DNA of 20,000 nt from an uncultured virus (IMG/VR IMGVR_UViG_3300025902_000021) (IMGVR_UViG_3300025902_000021); one strand, 5' to 3'; numbered from the stretch's first letter, positions 8,605 to 16,958 are shown. Translations and numbers: made by a program. Notes: generated from the sequence alone by a model not told the origin.

Positions 8605-8807
8605 ACTCCTTTTGACCAGCGTTTAAGAATGCTTCGGTTGTTCTTCCCTGCGTGCTGGCTGTCGCTGGCCGACACCGACACGACGAGAATCTTCTTGCCA
8701 GCCGGTGTGTCGAGGAACAGCTTGTAGTGCTTCACCTTCTCGACACGTTCCAGCTTGATGTTCGGGAAGGACGCAACCAGCTTGAGCATTTCACGTTCGA
8801 TTTTCAC
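8601..8807 (-). CDS. Small basic hypothetical protein, possibly HicA-like fold
   Basis: 68 aa, alpha-beta-beta-beta-alpha pattern, KHYKL and S.SD....N.R..L.R. Confidence 0.55.
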   Translation of the reverse strand: MKIEREMLKLVASFPNIKLERVEKVKHYKLFLDTPAGKKILVVSVSASDSQHAGKNNRSILKRWSKGV

Positions 8808-9004
8808 AGCAAGGCTCCCCCTTCAATCAACAGTTGGCGTTCGCGCTTCGCCCGCAGCTTGGTGTAACGCTGGTGCAGGCGACCAATGACGTTCTTGCGC
8901 TTGTAGGTGCTGACCTCGAAGTTGATGCTTTCACGAAGGCTTTCTTCGTCCATTTCACCGACCTGCGCAATGAGTTGCTTCCAGCTTTCAAATACGACAA
9001 TCAT
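8804..9004 (-). CDS. Hypothetical protein
   Basis: Start reassigned to ATG 9004 (MIVVFESWKQL), preceded by an AGGAGA RBS. Confidence 0.7.
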   Translation of the reverse strand: MIVVFESWKQLIAQVGEMDEESLRESINFEVSTYKRKNVIGRLHQRYTKLRAKRERQLLIEGGALL

Positions 9005-9037
9005 GGTTTCTCCTATTTGTATGGGGTACGTGTCTGT

Positions 9038-9066
9038 ACTATACCCCACGAATATTCAGAACGCAA
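9038..9066 (-). promoter_or_regulatory. Sigma70-like promoter for the accessory gene cluster
   Basis: Minus strand TTGCGT-17 bp-TATAGT, in the gap between the helicase stop and the ATG at 9004. Confidence 0.65.
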
Positions 9067-9071
9067 CACTT

Positions 9072-10475
9072 TTAGTGACGATGCTCACGATATTTTTTGA
9101 TTGCGTTCCGCAACCCCTTCTGGGTGTCGTCTTTCGACGCCAGCGTGAGGCTCTGCACCTGGTCCAGCGTGTCGGTACAGAGGATGCGATGGCAGATGAC
9201 CGGCGCGCCCTGCCCCTGCCGACGGATACGGGCGTTGAACTGGTCGTAGAGGTCGAGCGACCAGTTCAGGCCGAACCAGACAAGGATGTGTCCGGCCTTC
9301 TGCAGCCCGTCGACGCCGTGACCCATCGATGCCGGATGACCGATCATCAGGGCGCAGTCGCCGGATGCCCACCGACGCATGGCCTCGTTGAGCGACCGTT
9401 CCGACTTGCAATCGGTCAGGTTGATCGGGCGCAGCTTGTGGAATTTCGCCATGATCCGTTCGGCATCGCTGCGATAAGCGTAGCTACACAGCACCTGCTG
9501 CCCGTTTGCCTCTTCGATGATCTCTTCCAGCGCATCCAGCTTCAGGTCGTGGATCGGCTCCCACATGGGCATCCCTGCCAGCGGATACATCGCCCCGTTG
9601 GAGAACTGGAGACACTTGTTCATCAGGGATGCCTGGTTGAACAGTTCGACTTCCGCGCCGCTGTCGAGGCGGATGAAGAACTCTTTCTCCATCCGGTCGT
9701 ACATCTCGCGCAGGTCGGGCGACAGTTCAACAGTCACGTCGTTGATGAGGATGTCGGGCAGCGGGTTGTAGTCCTCGGCACTCATTTCCAGGGTCATGTC
9801 GCCGATGAGGTTCTTCATGGCCTCCTCGGTGTCCTTGTACGGCACCTTCTTGAAGCCACCTCCCGACTTGTACCAGCGACCCTCGAACTGTGTTTTCGAC
9901 GTGCCCAGGCGCGCTCCGTCGTCGAGGACGAGGTACTGGCCGTGCAAGTCCTTGTAACCGTTGCTGGCGGGGGTCCCCGTCAATCCTGTACGCCACCGGA
10001 AGAAGGGCAGCACCTTGCGCAACGCCTTCACCCGATGCGTCGAACTGTTCTTGCATTTGGTGATCTCGTCGAACACGATCCCGTCGAACGGCAGCGGCAG
10101 CCCTTTCGATAGGTAGTAGGTGTGCAGTGTCTCGGCCAACCACTCCAGATTCTCGTAGTTGATCAGGAACACATCTGCCTGTTTCGTCAGGCTGCGAGTG
10201 CGCTGATCACGATCGCCGACAAGCATCGAGAACTTGAGGTACTGTGTGTGCATCCACTTCACAGCTTCCTGTCGCCATACCAACCGGCAGACCCGGATCG
10301 GCGCGACGACCAGCACGGCTTTCAGGTAGCCACATTTGATGAGGTATTCGGCACTGGTCAGCGTGACAGCGGTCTTCCCCAGGCCCATGTCCATCCACAA
10401 CGCGGAGGCAGGGCGACTGCACTGAAACTCGACGGCTTTGTGTTGGTAGGGGAACAGTTGGTTAAGCGATAGCAT
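9072..10475 (-). CDS. SNF2-family (SF2) helicase
   Basis: Motif I DMGLGKT, motif II DEIT, motif III TGTP, HPASMGHGVD and motif VI QFNARIRRQGQ. Confidence 0.95.
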   Translation of the reverse strand: MLSLNQLFPYQHKAVEFQCSRPASALWMDMGLGKTAVTLTSAEYLIKCGYLKAVLVVAPIRVCRLVWRQEAVKWMHTQYLKFSMLVGDRDQRTRSLTKQADVFLINYENLEWLAETLHTYYLSKGLPLPFDGIVFDEITKCKNSSTHRVKALRKVLPFFRWRTGLTGTPASNGYKDLHGQYLVLDDGARLGTSKTQFEGRWYKSGGGFKKVPYKDTEEAMKNLIGDMTLEMSAEDYNPLPDILINDVTVELSPDLREMYDRMEKEFFIRLDSGAEVELFNQASLMNKCLQFSNGAMYPLAGMPMWEPIHDLKLDALEEIIEEANGQQVLCSYAYRSDAERIMAKFHKLRPINLTDCKSERSLNEAMRRWASGDCALMIGHPASMGHGVDGLQKAGHILVWFGLNWSLDLYDQFNARIRRQGQGAPVICHRILCTDTLDQVQSLTLASKDDTQKGLRNAIKKYREHRH

Positions 10476-10737
10476 CGACCATCGCCTTCCCTTTTTCCAC
10501 GTTGTCGATCACGAACACATAGACGTTCTGCATCAGCAGCCGGTGATGCTCACGCAATTGCGGCGGCGTCGGCTTCTGGCCTTCCCGCTTGAACTCGACG
10601 AAGAAGACGAAGCCCTTCGGGCTGATGTAGAGGCGGTCTGGCACCGCACGGCGGGCGGGACTGGTGAACTTGTAGGTAAGGAAACCCTTTGATTGTGCGT
10701 AGGCATTAACCTTTGCTTCGACGACTTTCTCAAGCAT
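10462..10737 (-). CDS. VRR-NUC domain nuclease (Holliday-junction resolvase-like)
   Basis: EKVVE...KFTSP...VPDRL...FVEFKREGQKPTPPQ. Confidence 0.9.
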   Translation of the reverse strand: MLEKVVEAKVNAYAQSKGFLTYKFTSPARRAVPDRLYISPKGFVFFVEFKREGQKPTPPQLREHHRLLMQNVYVFVIDNVEKGKAMVDAIA

Positions 10738-12568
10738 TGAAAACCTCCGTGAGCTTCTTCACTTCGTTGATGTAGTAGTCGTAATTGACCGGCAACACAA
10801 CGTCCTTCAGGTTGTTGCAGGGACAGACTGTCCAGCCCTTGCAGATGCCGATTTCGCGCCAGTGGTCGGGCTTCTTTGCCAGCGGCGGCATGACCTTGAC
10901 CAGTTCGCCGCCACCCACGGACACGTAGTAACGCTGCGTGTTCTCCATCGGCACGTCGAACCCAGGATAACGGAGCAACAGGTGGCTGGTGCGCGGCACC
11001 TTGGCGCGCATGTAGAAGTCGTCCCAGTCACACCATTCGGTGACTGTTTGACGAACGTCTGCACCCTCCAGCAGCACCTTCTCGGCGACCTTCGGGACGA
11101 CCAGGGCGGAAGCGTTCTGGTGCCAGCCAATGTCGTACTCGTAGCGACCCTTGCGCTTGACTGTGCCATCCGTCTTCTCTGCTACGTAGGAATTCACGTC
11201 GGCGATCCACATCCGTTTGTATTCGACCTTCTCCAGCGACAGGTGTGAATCGAACTCCCACCCGTTGCAAGCCCTGTCGACCTCATCCCTGCGACTTCTC
11301 TCGACGAACATCGTGATGCCGTCCGTGTTGGCTTGAATGATCTTCAGCCCGCTGACGAACCGCAACCGATCGATCATGTCGGCAATCCACATCTGGCCGG
11401 AGATAGTCACCTTCATGGTATAAAGCGGGTCAAAGAACACGCTGAACTTGTCGTTGGTTGCGCCATAGACACCGTTCAAGGCCAGCTTGAGCATGTCGTT
11501 CTCAGGGGTTCCCTTCTTATGCAACAGCCGCTGCGACCGCAGGTTGCGATAGACCTCGACGAATTTCGGCCCAAGATGTTCGGGATAGAACCCGTTCTCG
11601 ATTGCCAGCGACGGGTAGAGGGAAGTCACGTCGACGTCGTAGATCATCCAGTCGCTGCTGGCCTCATAGAACTTGTTCTCGACGCTGGCATGGATGCCGC
11701 CCGTGCCGAACTTGTATTCCAGCCCATCGACTGTTGCCGTCAGGTCTTTGAACGCGCCCTTCGTTTTGGTGATGGTCGTGTTCAGGAAGTGCTGCCGGAT
11801 TTCCTCAAAGGCATCACTGAAGAACCAGTCAATATCACTCGGCACACAGTCGGCAAGGTTGATGCTGGCACGCTGGGTCTGGATCGGTGTCCGGCCTTCG
11901 TCGGGATGGTAGTTGTAGCAGGACACCCCTTCCTTCTCCAGCGCGATCTCGAAAATCTTCTTGCCGATCTTCACGTCGTTGAAGTTGGTGAAGTCCTGCC
12001 CGTACCGCAGACTCAGTGTGTCGCGGAATTCAATCTGCTTCTGTGACTTCTCCAGAAACTGTTCGGTCGCCTCCACGTCGTTCCAGCAGTAGGTAGTCAG
12101 CACCGTCATCTGCTCGGGGGAGAGGAACGTCCCGACAGGGAAGGGCATGTCGCTGATGTTGTCCATCCGCATGTTGAACTCCAACGCCTTGAGGCTGGTC
12201 ATCCGCGCCACGTTGTCGAAGTGGTGAATCTTGAACAGGTCGATCTGCTGTACCCAACAGTTCGACGGCTTGACCAGATGGGCGAACTTGTTCTCGCTGG
12301 CGATGATTGACATGGCGAAGTCGTAGATTACCTTCGGGTCGCCGATCTTGCCGTTGAGGATGAAGTGCAGCACCGGATAGTCGAATCCGACGTTGTTGAA
12401 GCCGACCATGCGCTGATTCATTGAGCGCAGACCCATCATCCATGAGGTCAAGATTGCCACGTCGTTCGTGCGCGACGAGATTTCGAACTTGGCCCAGTTC
12501 TTCGTTACCGTGTCCCGCGCGCAGAGGATGAAACAGTTCGGAAAAACTTCTGTGTCATATACAATCAC
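10730..12568 (-). CDS. Family B DNA polymerase with 3'-5' exonuclease domain
   Basis: ExoI YDTEV, ExoII GFNNVGFD, ExoIII YCWND, motif A DVTSLYPS, motif B KLALNGVYG and motif C NTDG. The start is probably GTG 12568, overlapping the upstream ORF stop. Confidence 0.92.
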   Translation of the reverse strand: MIVYDTEVFPNCFILCARDTVTKNWAKFEISSRTNDVAILTSWMMGLRSMNQRMVGFNNVGFDYPVLHFILNGKIGDPKVIYDFAMSIIASENKFAHLVKPSNCWVQQIDLFKIHHFDNVARMTSLKALEFNMRMDNISDMPFPVGTFLSPEQMTVLTTYCWNDVEATEQFLEKSQKQIEFRDTLSLRYGQDFTNFNDVKIGKKIFEIALEKEGVSCYNYHPDEGRTPIQTQRASINLADCVPSDIDWFFSDAFEEIRQHFLNTTITKTKGAFKDLTATVDGLEYKFGTGGIHASVENKFYEASSDWMIYDVDVTSLYPSLAIENGFYPEHLGPKFVEVYRNLRSQRLLHKKGTPENDMLKLALNGVYGATNDKFSVFFDPLYTMKVTISGQMWIADMIDRLRFVSGLKIIQANTDGITMFVERSRRDEVDRACNGWEFDSHLSLEKVEYKRMWIADVNSYVAEKTDGTVKRKGRYEYDIGWHQNASALVVPKVAEKVLLEGADVRQTVTEWCDWDDFYMRAKVPRTSHLLLRYPGFDVPMENTQRYYVSVGGGELVKVMPPLAKKPDHWREIGICKGWTVCPCNNLKDVVLPVNYDYYINEVKKLTEVFNA

Positions 12569-12717
12569 TTCTTCGGCTCCCATTCGCCACGGTTGTAACG
12601 ACCGTGCCATCCGTGAATTGAGAAAACAGCCGTGGTTCCGTCGCCGCGCAGACGCAGCTTCGAACCGTTCCACGGACCGCCGACACAGCGATAATATTTC
12701 TTCAGTTTAATGAACAT
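12565..12717 (-). CDS. Small hypothetical protein, 50 aa, not in the ORF track
   Basis: GGAGG RBS then MFIKLKKYYRCVGGPWNGSKLRLRGDGTTAVFSIHGWHGRYNRGEWEPKK*. The stop overlaps the polymerase GTG (GTGA). Confidence 0.7.
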   Translation of the reverse strand: MFIKLKKYYRCVGGPWNGSKLRLRGDGTTAVFSIHGWHGRYNRGEWEPKK

Positions 12718-12732
12718 GCCATACCTCCAAGG

Positions 12733-12762
12733 AAAAAAGAGGGGAAGGGCGAACCTTCCCCT
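12733..12762 (-). terminator. Rho-independent terminator after the SSB gene
   Basis: Minus strand AGGGGAAGG-TTCGC-CCTTCCCCT followed by CTTTTTT. Confidence 0.85.
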
Positions 12763-12773
12763 TGGTCAGACTG

Positions 12774-13418
12774 TTACTGTTCCCACGGCATTTTGGGAAG
12801 ACCAGGGAACGACGGTGCAGCAGCACCAGCCGGTTGCTGAACCTGACCGAACATGCCGGTCACGTCGGGCGGGGCTTCGCCGAACGGTTCCCCATCCTTG
12901 GCGAACTGGACAGCAATCAGTTCGCAGCGGACGCCACGACCGAACTGGTTTTCCTGAATCCACAGGCGGACAGCCGTGTTCACGTAGCACCCACCGTACA
13001 ACTTGCGCGCGGCGGCGTTGCGCGCCATCGTGTTCGCGTTGTCGATGGGGTTGCCAGCGGCATCCACGATGATCGGGGGACGGTCTTCGTTGGAAGAAGT
13101 CGAGAGATAGACATGACCTTCGTAGCCCTCATAAGGCTTCATGGTCTTCTTGTCCAGCTTCTCGCTGCCGCTGCCGTAACAGCGCAGACGGCGGTCGCCC
13201 TGAATCATCTGAAGGATGGGCGTTGCCTGTTCCTTCCACTTGGCCGTGGCGAGGTTGCCGACTTCGGCCATGACCTTCGCGTAGTCGTTCGACTGCGGGT
13301 CGAGAATCAGATCAGCGGCGAACTTCTTCGGGGAGTTGGGGAAATCCTTGTTCTGAACGGCTTCGATCAGCTTCGGGAAGGACAGGCGGGACATCGTGAG
13401 TTGCAGAGTTTCAGACAT
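12774..13418 (-). CDS. DUF2815-family single-stranded DNA-binding protein
   Basis: RLSFPKL, LYGGCYVN and NQFGRGVRCELIAVQFAKDGEPFG; lies between DUF2800 and the polymerase. Confidence 0.85.
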   Translation of the reverse strand: MSETLQLTMSRLSFPKLIEAVQNKDFPNSPKKFAADLILDPQSNDYAKVMAEVGNLATAKWKEQATPILQMIQGDRRLRCYGSGSEKLDKKTMKPYEGYEGHVYLSTSSNEDRPPIIVDAAGNPIDNANTMARNAAARKLYGGCYVNTAVRLWIQENQFGRGVRCELIAVQFAKDGEPFGEAPPDVTGMFGQVQQPAGAAAPSFPGLPKMPWEQ

Positions 13419-13442
13419 TTGTGAGGCTCCAGAAGTTAAAAG

Positions 13443-14714
13443 TTACGATAACCAAGAAGGTTCGTCGGATGGTACGGGTACAGCTTGGAACATCTTCTCG
13501 ACGTTGCCGAAATCAACGGCAGCGCGGCGATCAGATTCGGGGACAACAGTCAGCTTTCCTTCCGCTTTCTTAATCAGGTCGGACTCGACTTTCGCCAGTT
13601 GCTTCGGTGACAGTTGCAGGGTCGTACCGTCGCGCTTCGCCCACACCGCTTTACCGATCTGGGCGGCAGAGATCAACGAAGTCTGCCAGATTACGTCCTT
13701 CGGCACACGGAGTTTTTTCAATTCCGCTTCAATATTTTCATCCGGCAATCCCCACTGGCGACGACCGCTGCCGCGCACCACTTTCAGACCGGCAACAGGC
13801 TTGCCCGACTGGATGCGATGCAGTGCTTCTTCCTCGGCAGCTTCGACCATCTTGCGGATCAGCGGACCGGCTTCGACCAGTTCGCGCAACTGTTCGTCGG
13901 TCATGCCGGTCGGTTCGGACTTGGCCGCGTCCTGGATGAAGTTCATGTTCTCGAACTTGATGCCAGCACTCTCCAGCGTCCAACTGTTGAACGCCGAACA
14001 GTTACCCTTGTTGGCGCAGTAGGTGCATTGCTTCGTTCCAGGAACGAACGGTGCGTTCGGGTCATCCGTGGCCGCAGCCTCGGCGATGATCTTCTCCAGC
14101 CTTTCGCCCAACAGTTCGGTCACTTCCACCGTATGCGAAGAGATCGGGTTGCCGCCCTTCAGCGCGATCTTCGGCTGAATGATGGTCATCGTCAGCTTGG
14201 AGAACATGCGCGGCGGAGACTCGGACAGGTAGCCAGCGAGGATGCCGTAGGCGTACTGCTCCAACTGTTGATTGTCCTTCGCCTCGACGGGGTTCATGCC
14301 GTCCTTGTAGTCGATGATTTCGATGTGGTCGCCGCTGATGATCTGCACGTCGACGGTGCCGCTCATGTCGTTCCGGCCAACCAGCGCGTCAGGGAAAACC
14401 CGCTGCTCCGCGATGAGCAGCACCCCGTCGCCGACCTTGGTGTTGATGTAGTCGGTGGCGATGCGGACACGGCTGATGCGGTCGCTGTCGACGCCGAACA
14501 TGCCCTCATGGTCCTGCAGCAACAGGCCAATGTAGGACTCCGGCGAACGGTTGTTCTTGATGCAATGCTCCAGCAGCGTGTGACTGTGTGTGCCGTCGAT
14601 GGCAGCGGGAGAGTTCTTCCCGCTACCCTCGTACTTGACACACGCATTCACGCTGGCCGGACACGCCGCCCACCGATAACGGGCGGACGGCGACAGGCGC
14701 GCGTGGGTGTTCAT
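13443..14714 (-). CDS. DUF2800-family PD-(D/E)XK (Cas4-like) exonuclease
   Basis: HARLSPSA..RW..CP, GTHSHTLLE, GTVDV...IIDYKDG, QLEQYAYG and CTYC.....C. Confidence 0.9.
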   Translation of the reverse strand: MNTHARLSPSARYRWAACPASVNACVKYEGSGKNSPAAIDGTHSHTLLEHCIKNNRSPESYIGLLLQDHEGMFGVDSDRISRVRIATDYINTKVGDGVLLIAEQRVFPDALVGRNDMSGTVDVQIISGDHIEIIDYKDGMNPVEAKDNQQLEQYAYGILAGYLSESPPRMFSKLTMTIIQPKIALKGGNPISSHTVEVTELLGERLEKIIAEAAATDDPNAPFVPGTKQCTYCANKGNCSAFNSWTLESAGIKFENMNFIQDAAKSEPTGMTDEQLRELVEAGPLIRKMVEAAEEEALHRIQSGKPVAGLKVVRGSGRRQWGLPDENIEAELKKLRVPKDVIWQTSLISAAQIGKAVWAKRDGTTLQLSPKQLAKVESDLIKKAEGKLTVVPESDRRAAVDFGNVEKMFQAVPVPSDEPSWLS

Positions 14715-15076
14715 TAAAGTGCCTCGACTTTCAGGTAGAAGGCGGCATACTGGTCAATCGGCAGTGCGCTGACATGGCTGATGCCGAATTCGGACAACAC
14801 GCCCTGAATCAACCCGCCCTTGGCGGGGCCGAGTTCCTTGTACTTGGTCATCACGTAGGTCATCAACGACAGTTGGTCATGGAACGGCAGCGGCGCGGCG
14901 GGTGCTGCGGCGGGAGCCGGAACAGGCGACGGCATTACCGGCGCGGGTGGCGTGAATACGGGATTGACGGGAGCCGGTGCGGGTTCGGGGTTCGACTCGA
15001 TAGTCGTTTTGCTCAGAAGGGCGGCGATGGTGGCGAGGGAAGTTGCGATGCTGGCGAGGTTCGATTCAATGGACAT
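14714..15076 (-). CDS. Hypothetical protein with Pro/Ala-rich linker
   Basis: N-terminal helix, P/A linker and small helical C-terminal domain; this architecture is typical of the gene upstream of DUF2800. Confidence 0.75.
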   Translation of the reverse strand: MSIESNLASIATSLATIAALLSKTTIESNPEPAPAPVNPVFTPPAPVMPSPVPAPAAAPAAPLPFHDQLSLMTYVMTKYKELGPAKGGLIQGVLSEFGISHVSALPIDQYAAFYLKVEAL

Positions 15077-15227
15077 TTTTCAAGCCTTTCAGGAGGTAAG
15101 TTTGGATAAGTTGGCGAAGCACAGAGGACATGTCTTGGTCACGTTCGGAAATTGTTTTGGCCTTGAACGCCTCGAACATTTCCTTGGTGACACGGACACT
15201 GACAAAGTGGGTGTGTGGTGTTTTCAT
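15066..15227 (-). CDS. Ribbon-helix-helix (Arc/CopG-like) regulator
   Basis: MKTPHTHFVSVRVTKEMFEAFKAKT...DMSSVLRQLIQTYL; start reassigned to ATG 15227. Confidence 0.75.
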   Translation of the reverse strand: MKTPHTHFVSVRVTKEMFEAFKAKTISERDQDMSSVLRQLIQTYLLKGLKNVH

Positions 15228-15236
15228 AGTACCACG

Positions 15237-15265
15237 ACTGTAGAACAACCGTGGCACATTGTCAA
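15237..15265 (-). promoter_or_regulatory. Sigma70-like promoter for the RHH/replication operon
   Basis: Minus strand TTGACA-17 bp-TACAGT; the -35 overlaps the PAPS-reductase stop codon. Confidence 0.75.
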
Positions 15266-16068
15266 ATACTGCAATATCCGCATTCACCTTCCGCTTCCGG
15301 TAGGTTATCGGCGTTACCATCAAGGAATTTCCGCACGTCCCATGCGCGATGCACCTTGATGAACTTGCGTGGGTTGCCTTCGGCCTTCCACTTGTCCTCA
15401 AGATCGATCAGGCGCTGGATATTCTGCTTCCCCACACAGTCCTGACCGGCAGCTTGCCACTCAGCCTTGCGGGCCAGCAGGCACGGGTAACAACCGACAC
15501 GATGATGACCTTTCGCATACAGATCGTTGAGCGGCGCACCCTCGGCGGCAATGTGGGCGAACACCTCTTCGGTCGTCCACATCACGATGGGGAGGCGGCA
15601 CGGGATCGCACCGAGTTTCTTGATCTTGCCCTTGCTGTAGAAGGCGGCAACATCGCCCAAGGTGAAGAGGTCTTCGGGGGTGATCTCACCGTACTTCTCG
15701 CCGCGCCGCGCACTCTCGTCCGAACGCATCCCGAACCAGATTTCACAGTTGTCGGCGTTGTATCCCTTGTCCATCAGCCATTTGGCAAAAGGTTCCTGCT
15801 TCAGCCGTTGGGTGCAACCACGTGCCGCAGTGTTGGGGAAGTAGCCCGACGATTCGAGGAACGGGAACATGCCGCCATGTTTGCTGTGGGTGTGTTCGAT
15901 GATCACCCCGTAGAACAACTCCATGTTCGCGATCTGCTCATACGTGAGGGGGTGGTCATAGCCGGTGTTCTGATGGACACACACGGGCTTGTGACCGGCT
16001 TTTAGCGCAAGGGAAAGGACAACCTGACTGTCTTTCCCACCGCTGACAGGGACGATGATAGTTTTCAA
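15262..16068 (-). CDS. PAPS-reductase-family (PP-loop) protein
   Basis: PP-loop VSGGKDS, NTGYDHP, CTQRLKQEP, GMRSDESARR, RVGCYPC and C-terminal CGYC; TTG start with GGAG RBS. Confidence 0.9.
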   Translation of the reverse strand: MKTIIVPVSGGKDSQVVLSLALKAGHKPVCVHQNTGYDHPLTYEQIANMELFYGVIIEHTHSKHGGMFPFLESSGYFPNTAARGCTQRLKQEPFAKWLMDKGYNADNCEIWFGMRSDESARRGEKYGEITPEDLFTLGDVAAFYSKGKIKKLGAIPCRLPIVMWTTEEVFAHIAAEGAPLNDLYAKGHHRVGCYPCLLARKAEWQAAGQDCVGKQNIQRLIDLEDKWKAEGNPRKFIKVHRAWDVRKFLDGNADNLPEAEGECGYCSI

Positions 16069-16072
16069 GTGA

Positions 16073-16825
16073 TTACTCCGGGATGTTGAACACGTATTCC
16101 TCGGGGACGTACAGCTTGGTCAGCTTTTCGTCCTTGGCAACAGCCAGGATTACACGCATTGCCATCTTGAACACATCTGCGCGATCCGTCTGTGAAGAAA
16201 ACGGTGTGTTTTGCATCTTATCCCTGAACCGGATGATTGTCTCGTCGCTGGGGCGCGACGTGATGCCACTGCTGAGAATGTTTACGAAATGGGCAATGAC
16301 CGACTCGGGAATACCATCCTCCAATGCTGCGAACATTGCCGCAGCAATAGGGGAAGGCTTGAGGCGGGAATGACCCTTCGTGAAGGCAATCGCCTTCTGG
16401 ATGTTGGTATGGTGACGCATCAGATACTCACCAGCTTCAAACACGCCAAGTTTGGGATAGCCTTTGATGCAGGTAATCAGGGCGATGTGTTGCTTTGTCA
16501 CCCCGTCCATTCCGGCAAAGGTGAGACAGTCCTTGATGCTACGCTGCAGTCCGCGATCCATAATCGGTGTCTGAGGAACACCGTGGAAGACCCAAAAATC
16601 CTGAGAACGTCCGCTCATGCAGATTGCTGTCAAGCGATGTTGTCCGTCAACCAAGTTTCCTTCCTTATCGAAGGCGATCCCTTGATGGGTGAGTCTCCAG
16701 CGATCGTTCGCCATATCGTTGACGTAACCCGCCAACGTGCTCTTGTTAATGGGGCGATTGGAACGGTTGCGGCGCAAAAAAGCCTCGGCCATTTTCGGTG
16801 TGATCGTCGTTATCGAAGATTTCAT
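16073..16825 (-). CDS. ParB/Srx-like N-terminal domain protein with DGQHR motif
   Basis: NRSNRPIN...YVNDM...WRLTHQGIAFDKEGNLVDGQHRLTAI. Confidence 0.8.
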   Translation of the reverse strand: MKSSITTITPKMAEAFLRRNRSNRPINKSTLAGYVNDMANDRWRLTHQGIAFDKEGNLVDGQHRLTAICMSGRSQDFWVFHGVPQTPIMDRGLQRSIKDCLTFAGMDGVTKQHIALITCIKGYPKLGVFEAGEYLMRHHTNIQKAIAFTKGHSRLKPSPIAAAMFAALEDGIPESVIAHFVNILSSGITSRPSDETIIRFRDKMQNTPFSSQTDRADVFKMAMRVILAVAKDEKLTKLYVPEEYVFNIPE

Positions 16826-16863
16826 TCAAGTTCTCCAAGTAGTTAAGTTGTGCAACGCTTCCC

Positions 16864-16891
16864 ACTCTACACCATAAAATATCATTGTCAA
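16864..16891 (-). promoter_or_regulatory. Leftward sigma70-like promoter
   Basis: Minus strand TTGACA-16 bp-TAGAGT, upstream of the ParB-like gene. Confidence 0.65.
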
Positions 16892-16896
16892 GCACC

Positions 16897-16925
16897 TTGC
16901 AAAAATATTTTTTACTTGCTACATT
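16897..16925 (+). promoter_or_regulatory. Rightward sigma70-like promoter
   Basis: TTGCAA-17 bp-TACATT, back-to-back with the leftward promoter; contains the palindrome AAAAATATTTTT. Confidence 0.6.
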
Positions 16926-16958
16926 GCCGACTCCAATCAACCCACAAGGAGAATCATC

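Noticed and set aside
13443..14714. Cas4 as evidence of a CRISPR system
   Set aside because: It is a DUF2800-type phage replication/recombination nuclease in its usual context.
8907..14717. Long plus-strand ORFs 8907..10112, 11333..12046, 12762..13424 and 13614..14717
   Set aside because: Antisense shadows of the helicase, polymerase, SSB and nuclease genes.
15262..16825. Complete dnd/ssp phosphorothioation operon
   Set aside because: No DndA/IscS, DndD or DndE homologues are visible; only the two-gene resemblance is reported.
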